Source of the DNA: Phoronis australis
Lineage: Eukaryota; Animalia; Phoronida
Reading direction: 5' to 3'
Length of the DNA: 64,000 nt
Assembly: GCA_002633005.1 (NCBI GenBank)
Contig: NMRA01000006.1
Location: 1,508,442 to 1,572,441, forward strand
Part shown: positions 24,070 through 36,000 of the stretch, in pieces
Layout: each line of letters starts with the position of its first letter
Position numbering within the stretch: the first letter of the stretch is position 1
Made by a program: the position numbers and the translations under genes
Notes under the pieces: generated by a model
Databases searched by the model: none
Told to the model about the DNA's origin: nothing
The model's input: only the letters and a program-made list of their open reading frames with translations

Positions 24070-27000
24070 GTAAGTTCCTTTTTATTGTTATTGTTTTTAT
24101 TTATTTATCCAAGATACGAGAATCCGGAAATGGCGTTTACAGTTTGCGATTCATTCAAAATCATTTCTTTTTCTTTCCTGTAATCAGAATTTCGGAAACC
24201 AAATAGCATTCTGTGGCAAATAGAGCAAGATTCAAATGAATTTCGGTTATTTGTTTATTTCTGTTCTCAATATTCACCAACCATTTTAACAAATCGCAAA
24301 ATCAGTCAGTGACAAATGTGATGTTTCTGATAAAAAAAGTCCTGTGCGTTTTTCATACATGTAATTGAAGTCATGACAATAAAGCAATTTCCACATATAA
24401 TTGTAGATTTTAACTGCTGAAAACAATAATAATTGGATAATAAGAACCCTGGCATTAATTGTCTAAATGTGTGTCTCTGTGTTGTTGTGTCGGCTAACAT
24501 TCTAACCCACTGATGACTGTATGCTGAGCTTTGGTTCTTACTCTTAGTCATACATTCTGCGCCTGTTACGCACTACTTCGCAATGTAGCATTGAAATTTA
24601 GCTAAAAGTAATGTTTCTCATTTGTTATTCCACAGTGTAGTGTGACAGTGTTAATCTTATCTTTAGTGCTATGAATCATGGTAGCAGATCAATATGAGAT
24701 GAGTTTTAGTCAGATTAAATATTGTTTCCTTTTTTGCTTGTCAATTTGGCGGCAATAAGAAATGCCATACCAGCGATTGAACTCCTTATTAGACATTGTG
24801 TAAATTCCCTGTCATCTTAATCAGCAAGAGTCTAAATTGGGTTGCATAGGAAAAACTTTTCATCTCTTTGAAAATATGTTTTAAACTTAAGACGAGTTTC
24901 AAAAACTCTTACCAGGGCCGTCAATGCCTCAGTTTTGGGTCTGAATATCAACCTCATTGCTCTCTGAAGGAAATATTTACTTATTTGCTTTTAAAGTGCG
25001 TAAAATCACTGATGTCATCTTAAAAAACGTCGAAATTCAACCCCACCAGTCTATCAGCTGTCAAATTGCACCCTCAAACACTATCTTACGATATGTTAAT
25101 TTGCTGATCTCTGAGTTATGAGCATATATTGTTACGTAAAATTGGGACAACCAATCACACCACTAGTCATCCTCCACTGCTTTGGTATGAAATTCCATTA
25201 GATAGTACTGTTCATTTTCCCGTGGTTCATGGAATAATAAAGAATGGAGAGACGGTGCGTTTTTGGTGGTTATGACAACTCTGTGTATATAGGCCCTTTC
25301 GTGCTGACTTTACTCCAGTATAAGCGCAGTGTCAACGTAAATTGTGAAGTTAATTGAATCGTTCATTCCGGTCTTGGTAGTCAACAGACATCGAAGTAAA
25401 CGGTTGGTGACGTTGTCACCATCGAAGTTATCGCAAGATATTGCTCATGCGTATGTGAAAACTTGAGAACATTTATGTGTGCTAATTGACATACGGTAAA
25501 ACTTATTTACAATTCGATTGGTGATAATTCAAGCAAAGTATAAGCAACTTTAATTGTTGATGATAGCAGTGGCCCCTGGTGGTAATTTCAATGAGACCAC
25601 AGTTGACCGTAAATACCGTACAGCAGCGTCGACACTCCAATGTTAAGTCCACCTGGTTACTGTGAGGTTAACTGGTGCTGTTAACTTCGATACAGGACTG
25701 AAGTTGATCGTTCATACTGACCGCAACTCCCCAAAACATGGACGCGTCGAGGTTAGTATGAAAAGGCCTATGACAATGCTGTGCTGTGGCTTTTTTACTT
25801 TCCCTTGGAACATCAGAGAAGCACGGATATTGTGCATGGTGTACAATAAACTCGTGTGTTGGTGGACATGACATTAGAGTTGGGTACATTCATACGACAC
25901 GTTCATTTCTGTGGGGCTAGGAAACTCTCAAGTATAGTAATTTTTCTTCTGTTTTCTCATTATGTGGATATTGAATTCAGGATTGTGATGTGCAGTACTA
26001 TAAAGGATGGTCTAATGATGCTGACAATGAAGTCACTTTTCAAAACAATGTAAACTGTGGTTTTAAGCACTTATAGCAAAATTTGCTTCACCAGGCCCAG
26101 AAACTCCTCACTAATGATCAACGTTCTCCTCAAGATTAGACATTCCGTTAGTAAGTTTTATTAACGGCAAAACTCCGCACGTCTACGCCATGTGTCACAG
26201 CCTTGAGCTGGTGAACAGGATGTAGGTTAGTTTATTGCAGTCTGCAAATGTAGGGGCAGTTATGCAGTGTCGAGAAAGAATGGCAATCATGGGAGTCCTC
26301 GGTTCACAATTCAACTCCCCTGCTACTTAGGCGACACTACCAAGTGGTGTTCAAGGCATTGCTTTGAAATTACTTCAGAGAGCTCAGTTTTGGGGCTATT
26401 GATAGGCTGAAAACGAAGAGCGGGGTTGTAGTTAGGGTAAAATCGGCGGGGTATTTTCTCGTTGAAAATAATTTCCGTATCAGAAGAGATTGTCGTCCTT
26501 CCCTTCAGGTGAGCGAGGGCACTGCTTATTACCTTCAACTCTTAATTATTCTATTCGTAACCTCATTGAAGCATGCTTATGCGAATTATGACAGATTTAA
26601 NAAAACAATGTAAACTGTGGTTTTAAGCACTTATAGCAAAATTTGCTTCACCAGGCCCAGAAACTCCTCACTAATGATCAACGTTCTCCTCAAGATTTGA
26701 CATTCCGTTAGTAAGTTTTATTAACGGCAAAACTCCGCACGTCTACGCCATGTGCCACAGCCTCGAGCTGGTGAACAGGATGTAGGTCATTGCCTAGTTA
26801 GTTTATTGCAGTCTGCAAATGTAGGGGCAGTTATGCAGTGTCGAGAAATAATGGCAATCATGGGAGTCCTCGGTTCACACTTCAACTCCCCTGCTACTTA
26901 GGCGACACTACCAAGTGGTGTTCAAGGCATTGCTTTGAAATTACTTCAGAGAGCTCAGTTTTGGGGCTATTGATAGGCTGAAAACGAAGAGCGGGGTTGT

Positions 27001-30000
27001 AGTTAGGGTAAAATCGGCGGGGTATTTTCTCGTTGAAAATAATTTCCGTATCAGAAGAGATTGTCGTCCTTCCCTTCAGGTGAGCGAGGGCACTGCTTAT
27101 TACCTTCAACTCTTAATTATTCTATTCGTAACCTCATTGAAGCATGCTTATGCGAATTATGACAGATTTAACATAGAACTTGCGCCCCATTTTTGATGCC
27201 ATTAACTTCGGAGTTGAGCTTATGAAACGTGACGAATAACGACCTTCAGCATTTTGTCTATCATAGCACGTCATTTATTGAACTATTACTATATTGCAAA
27301 ATCTGCTTGTTGAGATAAAAGTCTATGTTGACTTGGCAGAGTTTTTGTGGTTTAGTCAAGCTCTCTTCTCAATGATTATGTGATTAAATTATCTTGTAAT
27401 ATTCCAGTTAATTAAGCTTTATTTTACGCCTTTCCTGAATTTTTTAAATGATTAGTTTTTATTAGGAAGCTCACTCACCTTTCTCTTTATGTGGTGACAA
27501 GAGCAGGCAAGAGGTTGACACAGAGTGTTGCTGCTATATATTTAGTTGTTTGATTTGTAAGACAAATTTTTAAGCTCAAGGTTTAAGAGTAGCTGATTGT
27601 AGAAATGGTCAACACAGAATTGCTTTACGTTATTGTCATCAGTTCAGTTTGGTAACGGTTTTTGGTTGTGGAGGGGTTTCAGTTATGAGGAATTTTTGTT
27701 TTGAGTAACAACATCATCATTCCCACTATTGTGGGTATGAAGTCTGCGTAATGTCTTGAGTCTATTTGTTTGAGCTGTCATAATTTCGTAAGTGCTAGCT
27801 TGTTGCCATCACGAGGTTCAGGTTGAGGTTAAAGCCAGGTCAGTGCGCTTTTAATCTCTAATCAGGTTGTGTCGTGGCTCTGAGGCATTGTCTGTCCCGA
27901 TTCTGGCCTGGGACACTTGGCCCTTAGTAGACAGAGCTTGGCAGCATTCGCTTGACTGGTTCCTTGCAGTGTTACCAGTGCACTATTGAACAGCTGAGGA
28001 GGTCAAGTTCATTGTTTACCTATTGTTATTGTTGTAGGGCTATGTTATTGGTTGTTCCTGTGGTTGTGGGATGAGACAGACCTTGCCACTTCAAAGTCTA
28101 CTGCAGGGACTAGTCTAAGTGCCTTTGTTCTTGGCTGGTCTGGTTATAACTTTGTGATTCGGCTGTCTAATTTGTAACTCCTGCAAATGTTAAGGTATAC
28201 CCCTGCTAAAAATTCTGATAGTCCGACCTAACGTAATTTTGCCCCATTGTGCTGCTGGTAAATGTAGAGCATCCAATAATACAGTTGTTTTATTTTGTTC
28301 CTGCCCGTTGTTTAGAAAACACCTATGTCCTCTTGTGATAGTGTTCAATTTGGCGCTGTTTTTGCTTATAAATATAATTTTATTTGTTAGGAAGACTGAA
28401 CCTGGCAATGTGACATGTAGTAGTTGCACTGGTACTTTCTTTGTTTCTGAAAGCATTTCTATCTCTGCCTCTGCGCACACGTGTGGCTTTAGTATGGAGC
28501 TACTAATTGATGCCTGGCAAATTAAGTCAGCACGCAGCACTGGCCTCCCAGCAGCTGGTCCTGCCTATTTAGATTATACAGGAGCTATCATCCTGATGCA
28601 GGAATGTGCACTAAACAAAGATTTGTCTGGTGGAACTCCACTTGACCCTGTTAGGGGGAGGGGGCTCAGGTTGCCATCTCGCTTACAGGAGCTATGAACT
28701 GAACTTTGTGCTTGTCATTGGTTGGCGTGGTCCTGTATTCTGCACTTTTTTAGGTCATTGAGTTAGCCAAACCTGTCCCCTTGGGAGTCCTAACATCCTG
28801 GTGTAGGTGAGACAAAGCAGTTAATAGGAACATCCATGTAATGTCTTATCATGAATTTGATGGAGATGAACTATTCTAATTCCTTGTTGAAGAGGAACAT
28901 TTTTGATAGGTGAGAATTAGTAAACTACTTGCTAATAGTGGGAACGTTAATGTGGATAGATTTCACCCATTGTTCGTAAGGTTGAGGGTTTCGTTTAGGC
29001 TACATTCACTGAGATTGACAGGTTCTTGTTAGGTATATCTGCTGAGTCACGCGCCCAACTTTGATGTACACTTTATTGAGTATTAGAATGCACTCACCGC
29101 CTTGTTTGATTTGTGGAGAGATTATAGGTACTCAAGAGCTTCTGCCGTTTGTTGACAAGGCTCTAGTAAATGCTAATTCTAGTTCAAACTCGCTAAGTTT
29201 TGACAGAAACATTCAATAATGCTTGCACGCTTTTGTTGGCCTGTACGTTACTTTCTATATTTATGCCAGTCCCTCTTCACGCTATGCGCTAAAAACTGCT
29301 TTCTGTGAATGTGCTGTGTTGCGCACTGCCAATAACAACAGCAGTCCTGGTATGTGATGTGTTCAGGGATTTAGTCTCTTATGAACAGGTGTGTAATCTC
29401 ATCTGGCTTGTTGACTCCAATGTTCTAAACTCTACTTCACTGCAGTGCCTGTAGCTTATTTGTTGTGTCACAAATGGATGTATGACATTTAATGTGCACT
29501 TCACCTTTGCTTGAACTTCGATAACCCTTGACCCCACAGAAACTGCCATATGTACCAGGGGACCACTATACTGCAGTGTAGGCTGTATGGCTTACTCTCC
29601 ATTTCAAAACGGTGTTGTCTGTCTTGTTACCAGACTTGGATGACAGTGTCAAGTGTGTGCCAATAACCGTGCAGAGCATATGTCAGTGCCATGTTGGGTT
29701 CAATTTACATTAGTGCATTGTACCATGGGATGGTACACAACATGATGAAACAGAGGGGTGGGAACAGTGTTAGATGTTTACACATGTTAGTGACAAGCAG
29801 AGTTGTGCAGTCTGACTCTGTTGTGGTAGTTTTCATTGCCCTCATCTAAATCAACAAATTCACCATATCTTGACAATTTCCAGATGTTATGTTCTATGTG
29901 GGTCATTGCATATAAACATGGTGTAATACACATGAACACTGCTTCTCCCAATCTGATTTTGCAGTCTAATCATGTAGCATGGTGGGTAATGGTCTGGTAT

Positions 30001-33000
30001 AATAACTGCCCGAATTTTGAGAACCAGTTTTCTCCACTGAATCACTGGCATAAACTGGTTCTCAAAATACGGACACGTTATATCAGACTATTGCCACATG
30101 GTCAGTGCTGATGGTGACCATTTGCAGAAAAAAATGCTTACGTCTGATACAAGTCTAAACTTTGGAGGAAGGTGCCTGGTCACAAGACCTGGGTAATGGT
30201 AGGACCTCGCTAAAATCTAGCCAAAATCTCGTGTTCTCGCGAGGTCCTGGGGTTACTAAACTCTACCCTGCAGTTGCCTTGATTGCTGTGCAGGCCTCGA
30301 CATAGCAAGTACACACTCGAAAATACAAGTTGCAATTGTGAAATAAAAAGAAGCAGTGTCTCACGCATAGATTTTCACCAAATGCAAATTTGCGAGAATC
30401 CCAGAATTCCCAAGTCGCCTAACAAGATCTGAGGTCGCCGAAATTGACATAATCGACCAAAAACTTTCATGCTGCACTCCGTTCTCAAAAATATGCGCAT
30501 ACCTCTTCCGTTTCCATTTCTCACGTGAAAAATATGCACCTTTAAATTTCCAACTCAATTCCTCCTGCCAATGAAGAACACAAATGATCAGATACACTGG
30601 AGGTGCATGTTTCATGATCCAATCTTGATCGATTTTGGCTGAACATGTCCGACTTCTGTCTGTTTACTTCCTGTTTTAATTTAAGCGCATGTTTATTGTG
30701 TGCTGGATTTGCAAAATAAATGGAACAACTGTGAACCAAAGGCATTGAATGTAGGAAAACTGTTAGTAATTTAAAGTTTGGAAGTTACCACAAATTTGGA
30801 GGGAAATATTGCCTCACTTTGATACTCGTGGCGGCTTCGGGGATTTTTCCCAGGTCGCTAAACACAATCTGAAGTTGCTTTGGTGACTTGTAGGTCGTCA
30901 AAGCGAGCACTGAAGCAAAAAATTGACCTCACTGTTTATGAGTGAAAATCTGGAGACACAGCGCCGAATACGTCCTCGCTCATATTTTCGAACGGTCATA
31001 TTTTCGTGTGGGCATTTTTACCTGTGTCGAGCACTGCAGTGTGTATGTTTGTTGTGGGGTCAGAAACGTGCAGAACTCGACCACTTGGTCCGCTTCACAC
31101 CGCTTCTCCGTCTCTGGTAACGTTGCCTCTGGCTGTGGTGGGCTGCGCTAGCGTACTATACCTATCTCTCTCAAACAGGCACTAACATTTCCATGGGCGA
31201 AGAGGTGGCCATCAAGCTGGAGTGTGTCAAGACCAAACACCCGCAGTTACACATCGAGAGCAAGTTCTACAAGATGATGCAGGGCGGAGGTAGGTCGCGC
31301 TCTGTTTAACCCCTACCATTAACATACTCACCCGTGGCTGTGGCGGTAGATCATGACAGCCACACTGCCCTGTCCGCCTGTCTGCATCTGTCCGCCTGTC
31401 TTGTCTGTTCAGCGTCTCTTCGTTGGACATCGTCGGCATAGTGCTAATGGCGTGCGCCTGTTGCAATTTCTCCCCAACTAGGTACGGAGGTCCCGACGGG
31501 GGAGGAGGTAGGCATCAAGCTAGAGTGCGCCAAAACGCACCACCCCCAGCTGCACATTGAGGCGCGCATGTACAAAATCCTGCACCCGGGTGGTAAGTCG
31601 ATGACCGTCTGTAATTGTGAAGTGCTGTGTCCGCAACTGACTGTATGTATGTCGCCAATGTGCAACTATCTGTATTTGCTGAGAATGAATGCGTGTGTGT
31701 GCTTGTCATCGACGAGGAGCTGACTGTTTGAGTATTGTTAGCCAACCGTGACTGGTAAGGACTCTGAGCGTGCGTTTTCTGTGATCATGTGACCATGTTG
31801 TCCAGAACTGTGATGCTGAATTTGTTCATAAACTTGACTGCAGGGAATGGATTGCCTGATGTTCTTGTAGTGTGTGCGTTTCTGAATTTGTTTCAGATTT
31901 TTGAAACTGAACAGTACATCTGCAGACATTGGCAACTGTTTTTGGGCTTGGGTAGGCACAAACCATCCTGGCTGATCTTTTGTAGGTAGCCACTCAACGG
32001 TGAACCTTGGTCTATTGTCTTAGTAAAGGAGGAGATCATTTATTAACGATAACTGAAACCTGTTCACACAAGCACCTGAGGAGGTGCCTTTGTTTGTAGA
32101 CCTGGCAGTGGCAACTTATAGGAAATCTATAAGTGTTTGGTTACAGCACACACATTTGTTTGGTACTGTATTGTTTACTGATATGTGGGCAGGATTCCCT
32201 CTAGGGTTTTCTCAGTCAGCTGCTGCTCCTGATGATGTGAATAACGGCAGTGCAGTTGCAGTTGACTCTATTGTTGGGATGGGTCTCTTATAGTGATTCA
32301 GACATCCTGTTTGCTCAAAGGAAATAAGAAATTTTATCCAAAATTTGAAATGAGGTGTATTTAGTCTATGCTCGACTCATAATACTTAAAAAATCCTTGT
32401 TTAATTCTTGAAAGAGTGTCTCATTTTTGAGTTTGATTATTTTCCGCAGTAGTTCACCAACATGAATGTGAAACCATCCAGATTGAGGAAATGCGCCCTT
32501 AGCGAGAGACCCTGATTCTCCGCAATACCGGAAATGGATGTAATTTAGATAATTGGACTTCATTTCTGGAATTAGAGGTTTTGAATGTAATTCAGGTACT
32601 CTAACTAACGTTACCATAATTGAATATTTTTTGTTTTTAATTACAAAAATTAAGAATCAAATTTTGCGATTCTGGCTACAAATCTATCAACGGTCATATT
32701 GCAGGGGACATGTTCAATTATTTTTGAAAATGGTGCTCCTCTTTTTCCAGTTTTGAGAATCAACAAACATGGTTTGCAGCAAGTTATCGATAAAGTGTAC
32801 TCATGTTTATCACTTTGAAATGAAAAAGATTTTGCTAATTAACTGAATTGGGAACTTGGAATTCTATGCTTGCTCACTGGATTTCTCTGTTAATGAAAAT
32901 GGGCCTCTGATGAGTCTAACCTTGCAAGGTGTGATGCGATATCACCTAGAGTAGACTTTGATTAATGAAGAGTTTTTTGTTGCCACGTAACTAGGACGTT

Positions 33001-36000
33001 CTATGCCCTGTCTGCCTAATATTACTGCAAAAAGCAGTAATTAATCACGGTAGATAAAAACTCCACCATTTACAAGCAAGCTGCGACAGAAAGCAGACAC
33101 TGCTAAGGACACTATTGATTTCTGTTAGTTAGTTCACCCCGTGTCCATGCATGTCATTCCAAAGGCTTTCATGCAGGGATTTTGCCAAGTCATTCTACTA
33201 ACTGTTCTTGGGGTTAGGTTCAGTTGTGTAGGGGGGGTTCCTCAACATATTAGTTTAGTTGGTTGATGATTGGTAGACTGTTGATTCTATCAATGGTTTG
33301 CATTGGTGTGAGGTCATGTGGTGTGTTTGAAGATATCCTATCCACCAGCGAGGTTGGTACCGTTCAGTGATCGTGAGGAACAGGTAGGACAGCTCTGGCA
33401 TTAAAGTGGTATCTGGTACAATATTCAGTTGAAAAATCAACAGATGGCTCTGATAATGAATTTACTTTCGAAACATAGATCAACCTAGGATGTTGCCCTT
33501 GCCTCCATGGTTGCCTTGACGACTGCCTGGGTGTGTTTTGTGTTGGTGTTTGTGTGTGTATGTGTTGGTGGTTCTTAAGGTGTGTGGTTGTGCAATCAAT
33601 GTCATCTTACTGTCCATTGTTCAAACAAACTGACTTGATGTGTAATTAAGGAGTGGCTTTTGAGACTGCCGCCAGACGTGCAGCAACCAAAGGGCAGCTT
33701 GCCCCAGATCAGCTGAGCATCAAAATACACAAATGAGTCACCGGTGCTGTGAGGGAAATGATGCGAGTCGATCTCCTGTGGATTAACTATATGAGCTGGG
33801 TGCACATGCACTTAGCTGACTGTTACATTCATAAATATGAAACGGAAAACTGCCATTTGTTGTTGCTGTTCTATTGCGAAACTATAATCGTGGAACGTGT
33901 TGTAAGTTGTATTGTTTAGCAAGTGGAGAAACTATGACCACTGCTTATTCATTTAATGTCATGTTTTGGGGTAAAATCTCTCATTTTTGGATAAAATTTC
34001 CAAATTTACGCTTTTAGATTCTAACATTGTTGTGAATGCGCACAATGTTTCAAAACGTCGTATCTGTGGTACAGTATTTGATCATGGAGATGCATTTAAT
34101 TTGTTTCGTTTCATACTACATGTTTCATGAAAAAATGTTAAAAACAAAATTTCACTTGTCCCCATATTGTGTCCTAAATTGTAGAGAGTTTTCCATAGGT
34201 TACAAACTGCAGATTGCTGTAAAATTTTTACTTAATATCTCTGCTTTCATCATTGCTTGGGCTTTCTGTCCTGTGGTAAAGTAGTCACTGCTTGAACGGT
34301 AATTATCTCTTAGAACCGGTTTTCTACACTGAATAATTGGCATCGAACTGGTTCTCAAAACCTGGGACCCCCTGTAAGTGACTGTAGCCATTCAGCCTAT
34401 AATTTGAGCATTACTTTGAGGTGCTTGTTTTTTCACATTTGCGTCGAAACTTTTGTGTTTTTTTATTTTACCATTTTTGGCAATGGTGCTACAGGCTTTG
34501 TGTTCTTTTTACCATATCTGGGGGGTATACAAAAAGGACTCCTTAAAGGCGAAATCTTAAGACGTGTTTGGTTTATTTATGGACATTCAGAGGAAATTAC
34601 TCAATTGTTAGACATCTTCGGAGACAACTGTTGTTAATTTATTCTCTTGATAAGAAAAGTTCGCCAGCGTGACATTATGATTTCTTTTCAGTGGGTATTC
34701 CCAGTATTAAGTGGAGCGGTACGGAGGGTGATTACAATGTGCTGGTCATGGAACTCCTCGGTCCGAGTCTAGAGGACCTATTCAACTTCTGTAATCGCAA
34801 GTTCAGCACAAAGACAGTATTGCTATTAGCCGACCAGCTAGTAAGTGGACAGTGCCAAGGACGTCGTTCTCACATACGGATGTATTGGGACTGAAATGAT
34901 GCACTGGCGCACAGTTCAAGGGCCCTTTGAGCCCGCACTTAACATCACAATGGGGGTGGGGTTGTGTTTGATTTGTTTGATTTTGGTTTAGGTTAAACTT
35001 TTTGTATAGAACAAAGACTCGACGCTACAATGTCTGTAACTGACATTTTTTTATAAAAACATCAAGTTGGATTTACTTGGAAATCCTGAAGTGCTTTTTG
35101 CTAACATTTGTCCACAGCATTTCGGAGTCCAAAGAAAATACGTTTTCTGAGTCCTGCGTATCAAAATCATTAACAACCGCATTGAAATTAACTGTGCCAG
35201 TAGGCTGTTGCCTCGTTTCAGTCCCGGTGCGGGTGTATGTGTGCACGCGTGCGTAGGTGGTTCCCAGTAGATGACCCATCTCTCTATCGCGTCTGTCTGT
35301 TGTTGGTTTCAGTCGGCATCCCCACCATCAAGTGGTGCGGGGCAGAGGGCGACTACAACGTGTTGGTCATGGAGCTACTCGGCCCCAGCATCGAGGATCT
35401 GTTCAACTTCTGCTCGCGCCGCTTCAGCCTGAAAACGGTGCTGCTGCTGGCCGACCAGCTAGTAAGTGCCCGCCCCGCGTACCCACCCCACCCTGCCCCC
35501 CTTCCCTGTCCCCTGGGGGGTAGTGTGCGGGGGTGGTGGGCGTGCTCTGCATGTTGTCACCGCGTGACTCGATGTTGTATGCATCCTCTCTCACCCACCA
35601 CTTGACGGTTGTAGCCGGCAGTTACACAGGAACGTCCATCCTCTAGAAGCACCTATGGGTGCCTTTCGAGGAAAATTGTCATTGCTATTTTAAGAGGGCA
35701 TTCACATGTAAATTTACCTTTTTTAACTGAAAAGTAACTATTTCTATGAACACTGCTGTTAACTTGACCAATTGAGTTTCAGAAACGACAAAACAGTTTT
35801 CTTCACAAAACCCCCTTGTGCCACCACACATGGACTGCCAGACTAAACCAAGTGTCTTGTGTGAAGTTAGGCTGTTGTGCTATAGCTTCTGCTGCCTTAT
35901 CTGCCATTTTCACATCCACAACCGGTCATCAAAAAGGTCATTCGTTGTGGACGTCCTCATTATCTATGCTAGCACTTCCAGTCCTAGTTGTTGTTATCTC

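Noticed and set aside
26323-27109. Two identical 71-aa minus-strand ORFs
   Set aside because: They arise from the N-joined duplication in CK1 intron 1; no recognisable domain or splice structure.
28190-28697. Overlapping 152-aa and 116-aa ORFs in CK1 intron 1
   Set aside because: Non-ATG starts, no recognisable motif, composition typical of intronic DNA.
31179-35461. Exon 2 and 3 pairs as assembly or haplotype artefacts like the N-joined duplications
   Set aside because: No N gap nearby, flanking introns are unrelated and synonymous sites are strongly diverged, so the duplications are real and old.
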